DNA from: the human T2T-CHM13v2.0 reference genome, Homo sapiens
Length of the DNA: 64,000 nucleotides
Assembly: GCF_009914755.1 (NCBI RefSeq)
Contig: NC_060938.1
Strand: one strand, 5' to 3'
Each line of letters starts with the position of its first letter. Position 1 is the stretch's first letter. Position numbers and translations under genes: made by a program. The notes beneath the pieces are model-generated. The model had not been told where the DNA came from. It made no database searches and saw only the letters and a program-made list of their open reading frames with translations. This document shows, piece after piece, positions 29,008 through 43,523 of this stretch.

Positions 29008-30051
29008 AGTGTGTATGTTGGGAAATGGTTGAGGAGGCCTTTCTCTGAAGGAGATGATTGCTAAATGTGTATAGGCAGAGGGTCTGGGGACACATTCCAG
29101 GTTTGGGAGACAACATGGGCACATGTTGGGTAGGTGGGGACAGGGGGGTGTAGATGAACAGCCCTCCCTCTGAGCTAGGTGCCTGGCTTTCCTTTCCTTC
29201 CAAGGTCAGGCCGAGGGAACTTTCTGGACTTCAGTTGCAGGCCCAGGCTTTCTCCTGGAGTCCATGTGGGAGGGCTCCCCTGGCAACACAATCCTTTTCC
29301 TTCCTGGCAGCTGTGGTCCTGCTGCAAGGGACCCAGCCAGACTACATGGGCCCTGCTGCTCTTAGGTGGTGGGAAAATGCATTCCTGAGGGAAAATGAAT
29401 TTGAACCAGCTGGGCTGGGTTTGGGTGGCCCAGAAACCTTGGTCACACTGTTGGCACAGCCTCTGCAGGCAGTCACGTTGCTCACATGCACACAAAGTCA
29501 CTCCCCGGGGAGCCTTCTCTCGCGCTTTATTACGGTGCTCAGGGCTGCTGAATCTCCAGGAGGGATGGGAGGGGTCAGAGTGAGGAAACTGCTGGGAAAG
29601 GGGGCAAGGGTCCCCTAGGAGGGGGTCCTCCCCTCCCCCAGGAGAGCCCCTAGGGTGCAGGGAGCAGTGGGAACACACAGGCAAGAGCTGGGCCTCTGGG
29701 GACAGTTTGGGAGCCGGGTGGCCCAGAGTGGTGCCGAGCTGTGGGTAAGAGCACAGCCGAGGGATTTCACCATCTTAGTTGAGATCTTAGTTGAGAGAGA
29801 TCTCTCTCTGGAAGTTCACATTGCTCCCACACTGTTTTTTCTGGAAAAGTTATAGCTTTTCTCTATTGCTTCCTTCTGGCACCCTTTTTGAAGGGATTCC
29901 GAAAGTGCCGTCTTGGGGATTGTTTGGGGGAAGGACAAAAGCCGCTGGGCCACCCTGGCTTTGAGAGCCCTTGGAATGTTTAGCAGATGATGTAGTTGAG
30001 GGATGAAGGCCACACAGGAGGGCTGCGCCATCGCCGTTCCTGAGTGAGGAC

Positions 30052-30367
<316 letters not shown>

Positions 30368-31133
30368 CACGAGGACTTTCCCTGTGTGCAGGTGCCGTGT
30401 GGATTCCTCCCCAGCTGGGGCCTTTGGAGCAGCTGCCCCATGGGGACCCTCCTTGCTCGTTTTCTGCCTGGCTCCAAAGCAGCTGTGGTGCGGTGTGGCT
30501 TCTCATTCTTGAGTGTGGGGTGAAGGGCAGTGGATGAAATGACGACATCAGCCTCTGAACCAGAATGTTTTCTGGGGAGTCTGGTGTGCCCACCAGAGGG
30601 TTCACCCCCAAGTGTCCTCTTCCCCTCTCCTGCCTTGTCCTCAACTCACTGGCCTGGGAGGGAGAGCCAGTGGGAGTGGGCTGACTCCTGGGCATTCCCC
30701 AAGACCAGAGACACAGAGTTCCAGAAGGCTCCCCGTAATCCTGTGGGATAGGGGAGGAGCAGGGTCCCATTGCCTCAGTGACAGGAGACCTGAGGACAGA
30801 ACACTGAGGCTGTTGTGGGTTATGAGGGTGTGCCTTTTTTCTTTCCTGTTGGGTCAGAATGGGGCATGGTGCTGAGGCGTAGTGGGGAGGGGAAGGATGT
30901 GGCCCCAGTCTGCTGTGCTCGGAATCCAGGGGCCTGCTGTAGCCTGCCTGCCTCTGCACCTGCAATATTCAGGGAAGCTCCTCCAGAGGGTAGGTGTGGG
31001 TGGAGGAAGGGTGTGGTTTAGGCTTAAATTTAAAGAAAAAGAAAAGAAACCTCCCTCTCTCCCCCTCTTCTGCCCCTGGATCCTTAAAGGTGTATGTCTG
31101 AGCTGCTGCTTAGGCCCATCAAAAAGAAAGCCT

Positions 31134-31644
<511 letters not shown>

Positions 31645-34600
31645 GAGAAAGCGAGTTTTCTAGAAGACTGATTCACTGATTGATGACTGACTGGATTGAT
31701 TCATGTTGCAAGATGGAAGAGGTCATGGCTGGGGCATACTTAAGAGAACTGGAGACCCGTATGTGGTAGGATGGGGTAGGCGTGGGTACCTGGTTTGAGG
31801 GTTTGGTTGCTGCCTGCCTCATCACCTCCTTCTCTGGCCTCCTACTTCCCTAGCAGACAGGGTCTTCCGAGATGTGTTTGAAGACCTGAGTTCTCATCCT
31901 GGCTTGGGGGAATCTTATAGTATGGAGTGGTGCTCTTCAGGTAGGAAGGAAAGGCTGACCCCGCCCGGGGAGCACCAGGGGAGGCACTTTAACTGTCTCT
32001 GTGGGAGTCTGAGCTACACACACATAATGGTTCCAATCCGGTGTCTTAGGGCCAGAATGCACTCCAGCTGAGTGCAGTGCACTCAGAATGCACTCTGAGA
32101 GCGATGCCTCTTATCCGTCACCATCAAACGGTGCCTCCTGACAGTCTGCACTAGTGTCCTGCTTTGTACTCAGTGCCTCGTTTGTTCTTCAGCCCTCCCT
32201 TTCTTGGGCTCTTGGCTCTTTTCCAGCAAGTCCTCCTGCCCAAGAGAGAGAGAGCCTTGTGATCGTGGGTCTCCTGGTCACTACAGGGCTTCTCTCGTCA
32301 TCCAAGAAGTTTATAGTCCAATCCTGGTGACCTCATACTTTCTCCCTCTTCCTTTCTGCTTACCCATGACCTGTGATCCTTTGACCGGGAATCTGTATTT
32401 TACCATATTGTTCCAGCCAGAGAATGAATGGCCAAAGGTCACATAGTAGCAGGCCCAAAAACTGCCCTAAGGAATCTTGACTCAGTCCTTCCGAGTGTCA
32501 TGTCATAAGCCCCAATCCTTCAGGTCTTCATATGTCCCCTGCAGCTTATGCTGAAGCAAAGCCATGGCAGCCAGGGCTGTGACCAATCCTTTGCTTGTGG
32601 CCCTGTCTGGTGTGTAGTCCATTAGGGAGGCAGTGGGCAGGAGAGCATGAACTCTGGAGCCTCAGTGCCTGAGTTCAAGTCCAGGCTCTACCACTTACTA
32701 CTTCTGTGGCCTCAGTACCTGCATGTATAAAATGAGGGTAGTAATAGAATCTACCTTCTGGAGTTGTTGCAAGGGGTTAGGCACTTTAATATATACAGAG
32801 CGCTCAGAGCATTTCAGCAGTTGGCTGTTATGCTTTGTTTTAGCCTTAGGAGATAGGAGCTTAGTTTGCAGACAGGTAGCCTATGATCAATCAGAGAGAA
32901 AACTTCTGTAAGTAGAAAAGACATATTAGTTTCTGGGTTTGAAGTGTGCTTATGTTGCTATCCTCTTACAGTGGGATCCCCAGAGAGGGACCCTCAAAAG
33001 GTCCCTTTTAGAGACAAATCTCCCTAATGGTGTGTGTGTTGGGGTAGGGGTGGGGCTGTGAGTAATCTTTTGCTTTAAGACTGTGAACTGGCTGGCTGTG
33101 AAATCCATTTGGGAGTGGGGCCGTTTCCATTTAGCTTCCCCAGAGAAGCTGACTGACCCCAGATGTGATCTGGGAAAGGTCTTAGGCTGTAAATCCCTGC
33201 CCCTTTGTTCCCTGCTGGGATGGTGGTGGTGGGTGGGTGGGGTGCCTGACTGCAGTGCACTTTGAAGGACATCAGAGTGCCACAGGGCTGGGGGTTAAGG
33301 GCTGGGGTGGAGCTTGGGTTTTTATCTGTCAGTGCTGGAATGACATGGTGTTGCCCTGCCTGCTGGTTCTGTAAAAGGCATAGCTGATTAATTGTAAAGG
33401 CCCTTTTGAGGAGGGAGGAAAAAGCAACAGCCCTACAATTCCCAGGGGGCTCTCTTCTGAGCAGCTCAAAGAGCTTTACCAAAATGATCCTGCTAATTAG
33501 CCCTCTGGGCATTGCACTGGGCTGCGGAGGGGAGCACTGGGCTGCCACTGAGTCCCCATCTGCAAGTTGAGAGGCTCATACAGAGCTCCTTGGAGGTGAC
33601 CCCCTCCAGTGAGACACAGTGACAAAGTGCTGTGCTCCAGAGCATCCCGGCCAGGTTAGCGGCAGGTGGTAAGTAGGTCTTGAGGCGCTTGATCTGTACC
33701 TCAGTAAAAGCATCAGTTTGTTCACCATTGTTGTTCATTTGTTAAATTGGCCCTTAAGACCCCTGCTTTTTAGTAACTAATGGTGTAGGGCAGAGGGTCT
33801 CAAACTAGTCACACTGTCTCAGGCCAGTGCTACAGTAGGAGAAACCTGGGAGGTAGTAAGAGAACACAGAAAGAGTTCCCCAGGTTTGGGGGATATTGGA
33901 AGGTTCCTGGAGGGGGCGATGTCTAATTGGAGACCTAAAGATTGGATGTAAATTACATAGGTTGGGGGATGGTACTGTATGGGGTGGATGGGGACGAGAT
34001 AACGCCAAGGCAGAGAGAACATTTGCAAAAGCCGGAGACCCAGGGGTGTTGGTTTCCAGGTTGAGGCATAGGCACAGAAAACCAGGGGTCAGTGTCAAGG
34101 GTTCCCAGAGTAATGGCAGCTTCTAGATTCTTCTCCTTGTAGCTCAAGTCTCTGCCCTTTAGTCATGTCTGGGGTCTAGTCACTTCTGAGCCCTAGAGCT
34201 AGGGGTAGAAGACTCGGGTCAGTAGGGGTGAGAGGGATGCCCAGGAACTTACTGTTTTCCTGTGAAATAGCAATGAAATGTGTACTCTGCAAAGTGGCAT
34301 TGGTGAGCTCTAAGGGGTGGGCATGGGTGTTGCATGGGTGTCCCTGTCCTTCCCAAAGGCTGCAGCCTGAAGTAGTCTGGCCACTCCACCCTTCCATCCC
34401 CCGGCTGCTCCAGGTGGGCCTGCCTGTGAGCCACACCATCTGCTTTGGGAATAAAGTCCACCTGAGGCTCTGTTTGCCTCACCTGGGTGCAGTTTACTGC
34501 TTTCTCTGCTGCCCCCGCCCAGCTGTGCCAAGGGGAGCTTACAGAGACTCACTGATGGCTTAGCCCTGGGGAATTTCCTGGGGCCTGGGATGAGTCAGAG

Positions 34601-35159
34601 GCAGCCTGTACCAGGTGCTGGGGTGGGGCTGCGGAGTCGGGGGATAATGCTGGCTCAGCCAGTCAGTATCCAGAAAGTTTCAGGTTTGTGGTGAAGCCGC
34701 CGGTGCCCCTGAGGTTTTGCAGTCTTAGGGAGAATATTACCCCTGTTATGTGTCTTGTCTTAACATTGTAAGAACCAGATCTTTGCCCATCCCTGTACAG
34801 TGACCCCAGCACAGGCCACAGACAGGGGGGCACTTGGGAAGTTCTTCTTCACAACTGCCATTATTATCACCATATTGATGGTGTATGGAGCACGTACCCT
34901 ATGCCAGGCATCATGCTCAGAGCTTTACGAACAGCAGGTGGCTTCATCTGGGAGGACACAGCCATGGGGTAGGCTGTATCCATCCTCATTTTACAGGTGA
35001 GGAGCTGAGGCTCTGAGGGACTAAGTACTGTGCCCCAGCAGTGGGGCTGGGCTGTGAATTCCTTAGAGGGTACCTGGACCACTGTGCTGGCAGGTGGACT
35101 TGGGCACCCTCATCAGTGCTCATAGAGTCTGAGAACAGGGCCCTTCTTGGGATTCAGTT

Positions 35160-35395
35160 TTGTTTTGTTAATTGTGTTAAATGTAAATACACATAACATA
35201 AAATTTACCATCTTCACCATTTTAAGTGTACAGTTCAGTGACAGTAGGTACATTCATATCATTGTGCAATGTCATCACTGTCTATCCACAGAACCTTTTC
35301 ATCTTCTAAAACTGAACTCTGGATGCACTAAATAATACCTTCCCACCCCACCTGCCCCCACCCCTGGCAACCGTCCCTCTGTTCTGTTTCTGTGG
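35160..35395 (-). mobile_element. L1M 3'-end fragment just upstream of the exon 2 acceptor
   Basis: ACATAACATAAAATTTACCATC...TTTTAAGTGTACAGTTCAGTG...CCCTGGCAACC. Confidence 0.8.
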
Positions 35396-35475
35396 GCATT
35401 CAGAGGTTGACCCTTCATCTGTCTGTCTTGTTGCAGAATCTCCCTGGGGTGCCCTCCCCAGGCAGCAATGCCAGG

Positions 35476-35826
35476 ATGCCTGTGTCCACCTCCCTCCACC
35501 AGGATGGCAGCCAGGAGCGGCCGGTGAGCCTGACCTCTACCACCTCCTCGTCGGGCTCCTCCTGTGACAGTCGCAGTGCCATGGAGGAGCCCAGCAGCTC
35601 CGAGGCTCCCGCCAAGAATGGGGCAGGCTCCCTGAGAAGCCGGCATCTGCCCAACAGCAACAACAACTCCAGCAGCTGGTTGAACGTGAAGGGGCCCCTC
35701 TCCCCGTTCAACAGCCGGGCAGCGGCAGGGCCTGCACACCACAAGCTCAGCTACCTGGGCCGAGTGGTGCGGGAGATCGTGGAGACAGAGCGCATGTACG
35801 TACAGGACCTGCGCAGCATCGTGGAG
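35476..35826 (+). CDS. PLEKHG3: PLEKHG3 exon 2 CDS (exon starts 35437; start codon, beginning of DH domain)
   Basis: Acceptor ttgcag|35437; aggATG at 35476; MPVSTSLHQDGSQERP...RVVREIVETERMYVQDLRSIVE (DH-domain start); donor GAG|GTGCGT; 351 nt. Confidence 0.96.
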
Positions 35827-36289
35827 GTGCGTGTCGGAGGCCTTGCGGCACAGTATTCTAGCAGAAGCCTGTTTCACCCTGGGAGGGAAGCTCTCAAAAG
35901 ACCTGCTTCCCATAAAGTAGTTGGAGAACTGGGGTCTCCCACCCTCGCTGACTGCACTGTGAAAGCTGTTGACCCCTGAGGCTTCCCTAGGACCTTGGGC
36001 CAGATCAGTAGCTTGGGCCGACAGGAGTGAGCATCGTTGATAGGGTGGATCCCCAGCCTGCCTGGGAAGATGGCTCTAGAGAGCCTGTGCCACAGAGACT
36101 GAATGGAGTGAAGACATGGGCTCTGGGCCTGGCCCCATGCATCCCCTGCCCTGTTGTTTCCTGGCTGTGCGGAGCCTCAGGTTCCTCCTCTGTAAGAGGA
36201 AGCGACACCTACCTTGTAGGTGAAGGGCACGGAAGGGCAGCTGTGTGGCTGCCACTGAGGAAGCCCTCTGCCCCACTGGCTCAGGGCGT

Positions 36290-36727
36290 GGATTAGTTTC
36301 CTAGGGCTGCCTTAACAAATGACCACACACTGGGTGGCTTAAAACAGCAAATGTGTTCTCACTCAGTTCAGGAGGCCAGAAGTCCAAAAATCAATGTGTT
36401 GGCTGGGTTGGCTCCCTTCAGAGCCTCTGAGGGAGTAGGCATTCTATGCCTGTCATCCAGCTTCTGGGGTCCTGGCAGTCTTTGACATTGTTGGCCTGGA
36501 GATGCGGCCCAGCACCTTCCCATCACCTTTTTCTTTGTGTCTCTCTGTGTCCTCCTTCTCCTCTTATAAGGACAGCAGCCACTGGATTTGGGGCCCACCC
36601 TAAATCCTATCTGAAGTCATCTTGAGATCCTTAACTAATGGCATCCACAAAGACCTTATTTCCAAATAAAGTCACATTCTGGGGTTCCAAGTGGACATGA
36701 ATTTTGGGGTGGACACTGTCTCACAGT
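36290..36727 (-). mobile_element. MLT1 LTR
   Basis: ATTAGTTTCCTAGGGCTGCC...GGTGGCTTAAAACAG...CTTATAAGGAC...TATTTCCAAATAAAGTCACATTCTG. Confidence 0.87.
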
Positions 36728-36839
36728 AGGCAATGTCCGTGAAGTGGTGTTACAGCAGGGCCGAAACGAGGTGTGGCTAGGGAAGGTAGTGGGCAGGGTT
36801 GTGCCGGGGGCTAGGTTCTGACCACCTCCCTCCACGCAG

Positions 36840-36937
36840 GACTACCTCTTGAAGATCATTGACACACCCGGGCTGCTGAAGCCAGAACAGGTCAGCGCCC
36901 TCTTTGGGAACATAGAAAACATCTACGCGCTGAACAG
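36840..36937 (+). CDS. PLEKHG3: PLEKHG3 exon 3 (DH domain)
   Basis: cgcag| DYLLKIIDTPGLLKPEQVSALFGNIENIYALN |gtgtgt; 98 nt. Confidence 0.94.
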
Positions 36938-38086
36938 GTGTGTGAATGGGCCTGACACTCACCATGTTCTGCCTGCGAGGCCCACCTCAGGGCCTAGGGA
37001 GGAACCCTGGATGTCCCTGGTCTCATGGGCCTGTGACATGTGGGCCTGGGGCCTGATCTCTGAGGACAGGGAAGGGTTGTCCATCTCTGTGCCCTGGGCT
37101 GATCTGCTTTCTCTCAAGGGCAGACGGGGAGGTAATTTGAGGTTGTGTGCATGTTGGGTCCATCCTGAGCCGGTGCCCCCTCAAGGGGCTGCTGGGCCCT
37201 ACCTTGCACACTGGTTCTCTTCCCTGTGGAAGAGAACCTTCCCTGTCCTTCTCATCTTCATTTTCCATTTGCACATCTGTTAATTTCTTATCCTCCTTTC
37301 CACTGACCCCAAGGGCTCCCTGGAGATGATCTGACCTATTAGTGGATTGCACAACCCAGGCAAGACACATGTGGGAAGCCAAACAAGGCCTGACCAGGGG
37401 CTGTGTCAGGGCAAAAGGCATGGGTCTCCTGCCTGGGACCACAGACTCCCCCGGGAAAGTGCACTGCTCTGGAGGGGCAGGGCTTGAGGGAACAGCGGTG
37501 CTAGGACAGGAAGAATCGTATCCCAGGCCCCTTAAGATGGGCAGAGGGAGCTCTGGCTGTGTAAGCTGGAGAAGTCTGGGAGGGCAGGGTGCAGGGAGGA
37601 CTTAGGCCAATGGTGAGGGGTTGGGAAAAGAGGAGGAGCACAGAGGGAGGAGGCAGGGAGCAGTGTTTCTAGGGGTGCCAGGACTCACCTGTCTCTCCCC
37701 ATGTCCCACATCCTGGGCGCCCTGGCTCCTTTGCTAGTCCCCATTCTCTCTCCTTCACCCTTTAATCCTCTGCTTTTGTGTGTTTGACTCCTTCTGCCTG
37801 CAGAGGAGCTGTGTCCCCTCCCGAGGTGGGTATGGGGGTCCCCTCTTCATCTCCCTCTTGTTGAGCCTGTAGGTCTCCCTGACTTCCTGCTTTGTGGCTG
37901 CTTTGTGTTGGATACTTTCTGTGGTTGCTGCCTGGGGCAGGACTCCCTCTGAGGCTAGAAGCCCCAGTTCTTTAGCAAAGCAATAGGGCTGGCTGTCAGT
38001 CAGGGTTTGGGAGGTTGGGGAGGGGGCAGTGAGGGGCATTGTCCTCTGACTGCAGAGGGTACAGTGGCTGCTCTCCCCTCACCCAG

Positions 38087-38156
38087 CCAGCTCCTCAGAG
38101 ACCTGGACAGCTGCAATAGTGACCCCGTGGCTGTGGCCAGCTGCTTTGTGGAAAGG
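38087..38156 (+). CDS. PLEKHG3: PLEKHG3 exon 4 (DH domain)
   Basis: cccag| QLLRDLDSCNSDPVAVASCFVER |gtaaga; 70 nt, restores phase 0. Confidence 0.94.
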
Positions 38157-38485
38157 GTAAGAAGGGCTGGGTCCTTGCCTCTGTCCTACCTTGCTGAGAG
38201 CTCAGAGAGACAAGAACTGCCAGCATAAGAGGACATCTGAGTCCTGGGGATCCCTTTCCAGGGAAAGTGCTGGGTGCTCTATCTTGAATGAGAAGGGTGT
38301 TCTGAGGGGAGCCAGGGCTGCTGGGTGGATGGGATGTCCTTGACAAATAGGTATAAAGATGGCTCTGTAGGCATTTGGGAACAGGGGACAGAGGGTGCTC
38401 TGGGGGCCAGGGGCCTATCTGCTACCACCATCTTTACTGTCAAATGAGAATCTCCCTGAAATCACTATTTTTGATCTCTTCTTAG

Positions 38486-38532
38486 AGCCAAGAGTTTGAT
38501 ATCTACACTCAGTATTGCAACAATTACCCCAA
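38486..38532 (+). CDS. PLEKHG3: PLEKHG3 exon 5 (DH domain)
   Basis: cttag| SQEFDIYTQYCNNYP |gtgagt; 47 nt. Confidence 0.94.
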
Positions 38533-38642
38533 GTGAGTAATTGGGGTGAGAGGGAAGGCAGAGCCATTTGGTGAGTCCAGAGCCCCCCACTTCCTCATCC
38601 AGGCCTTCCCCAGGTGGTGACTGGCCCTTCTCCCACTCCCAG

Positions 38643-38793
38643 CTCCGTGGCCGCCCTGACGGAATGCATGCGGGACAAGCAGCAGGCCAAGTTCTTTCGG
38701 GACCGGCAGGAGCTGCTACAGCACTCGCTGCCCTTGGGCTCCTACCTGCTGAAGCCAGTCCAGCGCATCCTCAAGTACCACCTGCTGCTCCAG
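38643..38793 (+). CDS. PLEKHG3: PLEKHG3 exon 6 (DH domain CR3)
   Basis: SVAALTECM...[20 protein letters not shown], the DH signature; AG/GT boundaries; 151 nt. Confidence 0.96.
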
Positions 38794-38881
38794 GTAGCCC
38801 CTCGGTCCTCCCAAGCACCTAGGGCCTGGGGAGGGCAGGGCCTTCGGGTCAGGGGCACCTAAGCGTCTATCTTCTGCGCAG

Positions 38882-39013
38882 GAAATTGCCAAACATTTTG
38901 ATGAAGAAGAGGATGGCTTTGAGGTGGTGGAGGATGCCATTGACACCATGACCTGTGTGGCCTGGTACATCAACGACATGAAGAGGAGGCATGAGCACGC
39001 GGTCCGGCTCCAG
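38882..39013 (+). CDS. PLEKHG3: PLEKHG3 exon 7 (end of DH domain)
   Basis: [44 protein letters not shown]; 132 nt. Confidence 0.95.
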
Positions 39014-39204
39014 GTGCTCTGGGGCTGGGACGCTGGGGGAGGGGCAGGGCTGGGTGGGCCAGGCTTCCGCTGGGAAGAGGGACTGTGGCCACCCTGCTGG
39101 GATGAGCTGGGCAGTGGCATTGGGGGAGCCTTTGTGGCAGGGTTTGCAGAGCCTCCTAAGGCCCCAGTGGCCTGACTCTAGGGATTGGGGCCCCTCTGCT
39201 GCAG

Positions 39205-39387
39205 GAGATTCAGTCACTCCTCATCAACTGGAAGGGGCCCGACCTGACCACCTACGGGGAGCTTGTCCTGGAGGGCACATTCCGCGTGCATCGCGTGCGC
39301 AATGAAAGGACCTTTTTCCTCTTTGACAAAACACTGCTTATCACCAAGAAGCGGGGCGATCACTTTGTCTACAAGGGCAACATCCCG
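39205..39387 (+). CDS. PLEKHG3: PLEKHG3 exon 8 (PH domain)
   Basis: [26 protein letters not shown]...[28 protein letters not shown]; 183 nt. Confidence 0.95.
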
Positions 39388-39557
39388 GTAACCAGGCCCT
39401 GCCCCATCTCCTCTGCCATCTTCTCTCCTTCCCAAAGGATCTGGGCTCCCCTTCTTGTCTGCTTCTTGGGGCTCCAGCACCACCCTTCTGAGATCACCCT
39501 CCCTGCTTCCCCAGGCTGTCAACCTTGTGCTTGACTGTCCTTTCCCTCTGCCCCTAG

Positions 39558-39650
39558 TGCTCCTCCCTGATGCTGATCGAAAGCACCAGAGACTCCCTGT
39601 GCTTCACTGTCACCCACTACAAGCACAGCAAGCAGCAGTACAGCATCCAG
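39558..39650 (+). CDS. PLEKHG3: PLEKHG3 exon 9 (PH domain)
   Basis: CSSLMLIESTRDSLCFTVTHYKHSKQQYSIQ; 93 nt; cctag| and |gtgagg. Confidence 0.95.
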
Positions 39651-39938
39651 GTGAGGGGAAGGTGGGGCTCAGGGGCTAGGGAACAAGATGCCCAGGGGAC
39701 ACCTGCGTGGGACTCCTGGCTCCTCTGCTCACCTAGCTGCCCCAAGCCCCAGTGTCTCCATCTGTGAGGCAAGGATCATTGCAGGCACCTCTCAGGGTCA
39801 AAGTGAGGAGTCAGGTTAACCTCACAGAGGCCCCAGCATGGCCCCACTTTTTCTCCCTGGGTGGAAGCACTGTCCATGCTAGACAGCTTCAGGCCTGTAA
39901 TGATAACCACTGGGTCCCTTTCCCTTGGGTCCTCCCAG

Positions 39939-40025
39939 GCCAAGACAGTGGAGGAGAAACGGAACTGGACTCACCACATCAAGAGGCTCATCCTAGAGAA
40001 CCACCATGCCACCATTCCCCAGAAG
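39939..40025 (+). CDS. PLEKHG3: PLEKHG3 exon 10 (PH C-terminal helix)
   Basis: AKTVEEKRNWTHHIKRLILENHHATIPQK, containing the conserved PH Trp; 87 nt. Confidence 0.95.
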
Positions 40026-40270
40026 GTGAGTTCCCCCAGCTCCTGACTGTGTGCAAGGAGAATGTGCTCCTCTGAGCCAGCTCTGCAAGGTCCATTGGGG
40101 GCTCACCTTCTGGATTTGGGCTCCAGTGGACAGTGAGTGTCAGTACAGCAGATGCCCCGGGCCTTGGTGCAGCACTGTGGGGTGTCCTCGTACAGCAACA
40201 GTGGGTCCTATGGGCAGGGAAGGCCGGCACATGGTAAGGTAATAACCAGGTGTGTTTCCTTCCCCTTCAG

Positions 40271-40304
40271 GCCAAGGAAGCCATCTTGGAAATGGATTCC
40301 TATT
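40271..40304 (+). CDS. PLEKHG3: PLEKHG3 exon 11
   Basis: ttcag| AKEAILEMDSY |gtaagt; 34 nt. Confidence 0.92.
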
Positions 40305-40646
40305 GTAAGTGTACCCTTTTCTGCCTGTTTTGTCCCTAATCGTGCACATTGCTAGGTCAGGCTGCATCCTGGGGAAGCTTTACCTGATAATTTTATTCCA
40401 GGAGCAGGGAGGGCGGGGGTCTCCTGTTAAGGGCTGGGGGGTGAACTACATGATTAAGGATGCTCTCCTGCTGAGCGGTGGGACTCTCAGTGCCTGAAGC
40501 TCCCAGCTGGAAGATGGAGGGAGCTCTGGAGGCTCCTGGCCCTGGAGCTGGGTGGGTATAGAGGTCTGGCTGGTTATGGACAGGGTCTAGGGTAGGCCAA
40601 GGCCAATTGGGAATCAAAAGCTTGATCGTCTCTCTCCTGGGTGCAG

Positions 40647-40745
40647 ATCCCAATCGGTACCGCTGCAGCCCAGAGCGGCTGAAGAAGGCTTGGTCCTCCC
40701 AGGATGAGGTGTCCACCAATGTGCGCCAGGGGCGCCGGCAATCTG
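40647..40745 (+). CDS. PLEKHG3: PLEKHG3 exon 12
   Basis: gtgcag| YPNRYRCSPERLKKAWSSQDEVSTNVRQGRRQS |gtaaga; 99 nt, phase 1-1. Confidence 0.92.
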
Positions 40746-40867
40746 GTAAGAGAAGGGCTGTGGAGGCAGGAGGCCTCTCCCTCACACCCTTGCCCAGACT
40801 GGGGACCGTCTGCGGCAGTGTCCAGGGCTGTGGCTCTCACCTCTGCGGAAACCCTGGGAAAGGCTAG

Positions 40868-41563
<696 letters not shown>

Positions 41564-42279
41564 TGAGTTTTCTTCCATTCCTGGACTTGCTAGGGTGTTC
41601 TTGGATTATTGGAATGAATCGTCTATTTGAAAAGAGAAAACCTTGCTTTTATTCTAAACTCCGTGGTGATGGGTGTGTGTGTTTTCAAAATTGGTTTTTT
41701 CGTTGCTATTTAGTGCAAGGCCCAAGGACAGGTCTGGCTTAAGCCAGGTGTCTGCCAAACATATACCCAAGGTGGGAGTTGGGGTGAGAATTGTCTTTAA
41801 GACCCTGGGAGAGAAGGATTCTAAAGTGACTGAGAGTGGTGTCCTGGCTTGGGTCCCACAGATGTGTTGGGTTTTGATTGGTGATGACCTGTGGGTCCCC
41901 TGAATGTGTGTGTGGATTGACATGTGGGTGTTAGCCTTCTAGAAGGTGGAGCAGTGGCTTATAGAAGGCTTTTGTGGTTTTATGTTGTTGGTATTGCTCT
42001 GGGTGGATCTTGAGCCCTAGGCCACCTTGCTATGGTTGCAAAAGTTTTATGGTTTTTATAGTTAAAAGCTCCAAATAGGGGTGTTGCTTTCTTCTCTCTA
42101 GCCCTCTTTCTTTTCTCTTCTCTTCTCTTTTCTTTTCTTCTCCTGTAATTCTCTTCTTGTCCTCCTCAACTTGCCATACCTTAAAATTTGAAGCTTCTAG
42201 CACACTGATGTGTTCAGCAAGTGATAACGTTGGTGGTAGTGATAGTAGCTCTATCCTAGTGTTAGCATCGAAACTTTAG

Positions 42280-42385
42280 CTATGGATGTACAACTCTTTG
42301 AATATACTTAAAGCCGTTGAATTGTACACTCTAAATAGGTGAATTGTATTTGAATTATATTTCAATAAAGCTGTTACAAAAAGCC
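42280..42385 (+). mobile_element. L1M extreme 3' end carrying AATAAA
   Basis: TGAATTGTACACT...GTGAATTGTAT...TGAATTATATTTCAATAAAGCTGTT. Confidence 0.75.
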
Positions 42386-42472
42386 CCCAAACTTTAGGTG
42401 TCCAAGGCACTCAGGAAATGAGCCATTTTAAAGAGCTGAAGTTTCCACATGGCTGAGATTTTTAGCCTGTAA

Positions 42473-42862
<390 letters not shown>

Positions 42863-43099
42863 GAAATAGACATCTTTCTAAAGCATGTTTTGTACTCTTG
42901 AGCCTTTTAAAACAGAAGGTGCTGGCCACCGTTGAACCTTTCCTTTTCTGGAGTTAATGCTACAGCATCACTTAGGGTGTGTGAACTGCCAGATGCTTGA
43001 GGGGCCCCAGAGGCTGTGGGTTGCCATAGAGACAGCCTGTGTTTGGTGTGTCGTGCCCCTCTTCACGGTTCTTCTGTAACACTGAAGTATTTGTTTTCA

Positions 43100-43523
<424 letters not shown>

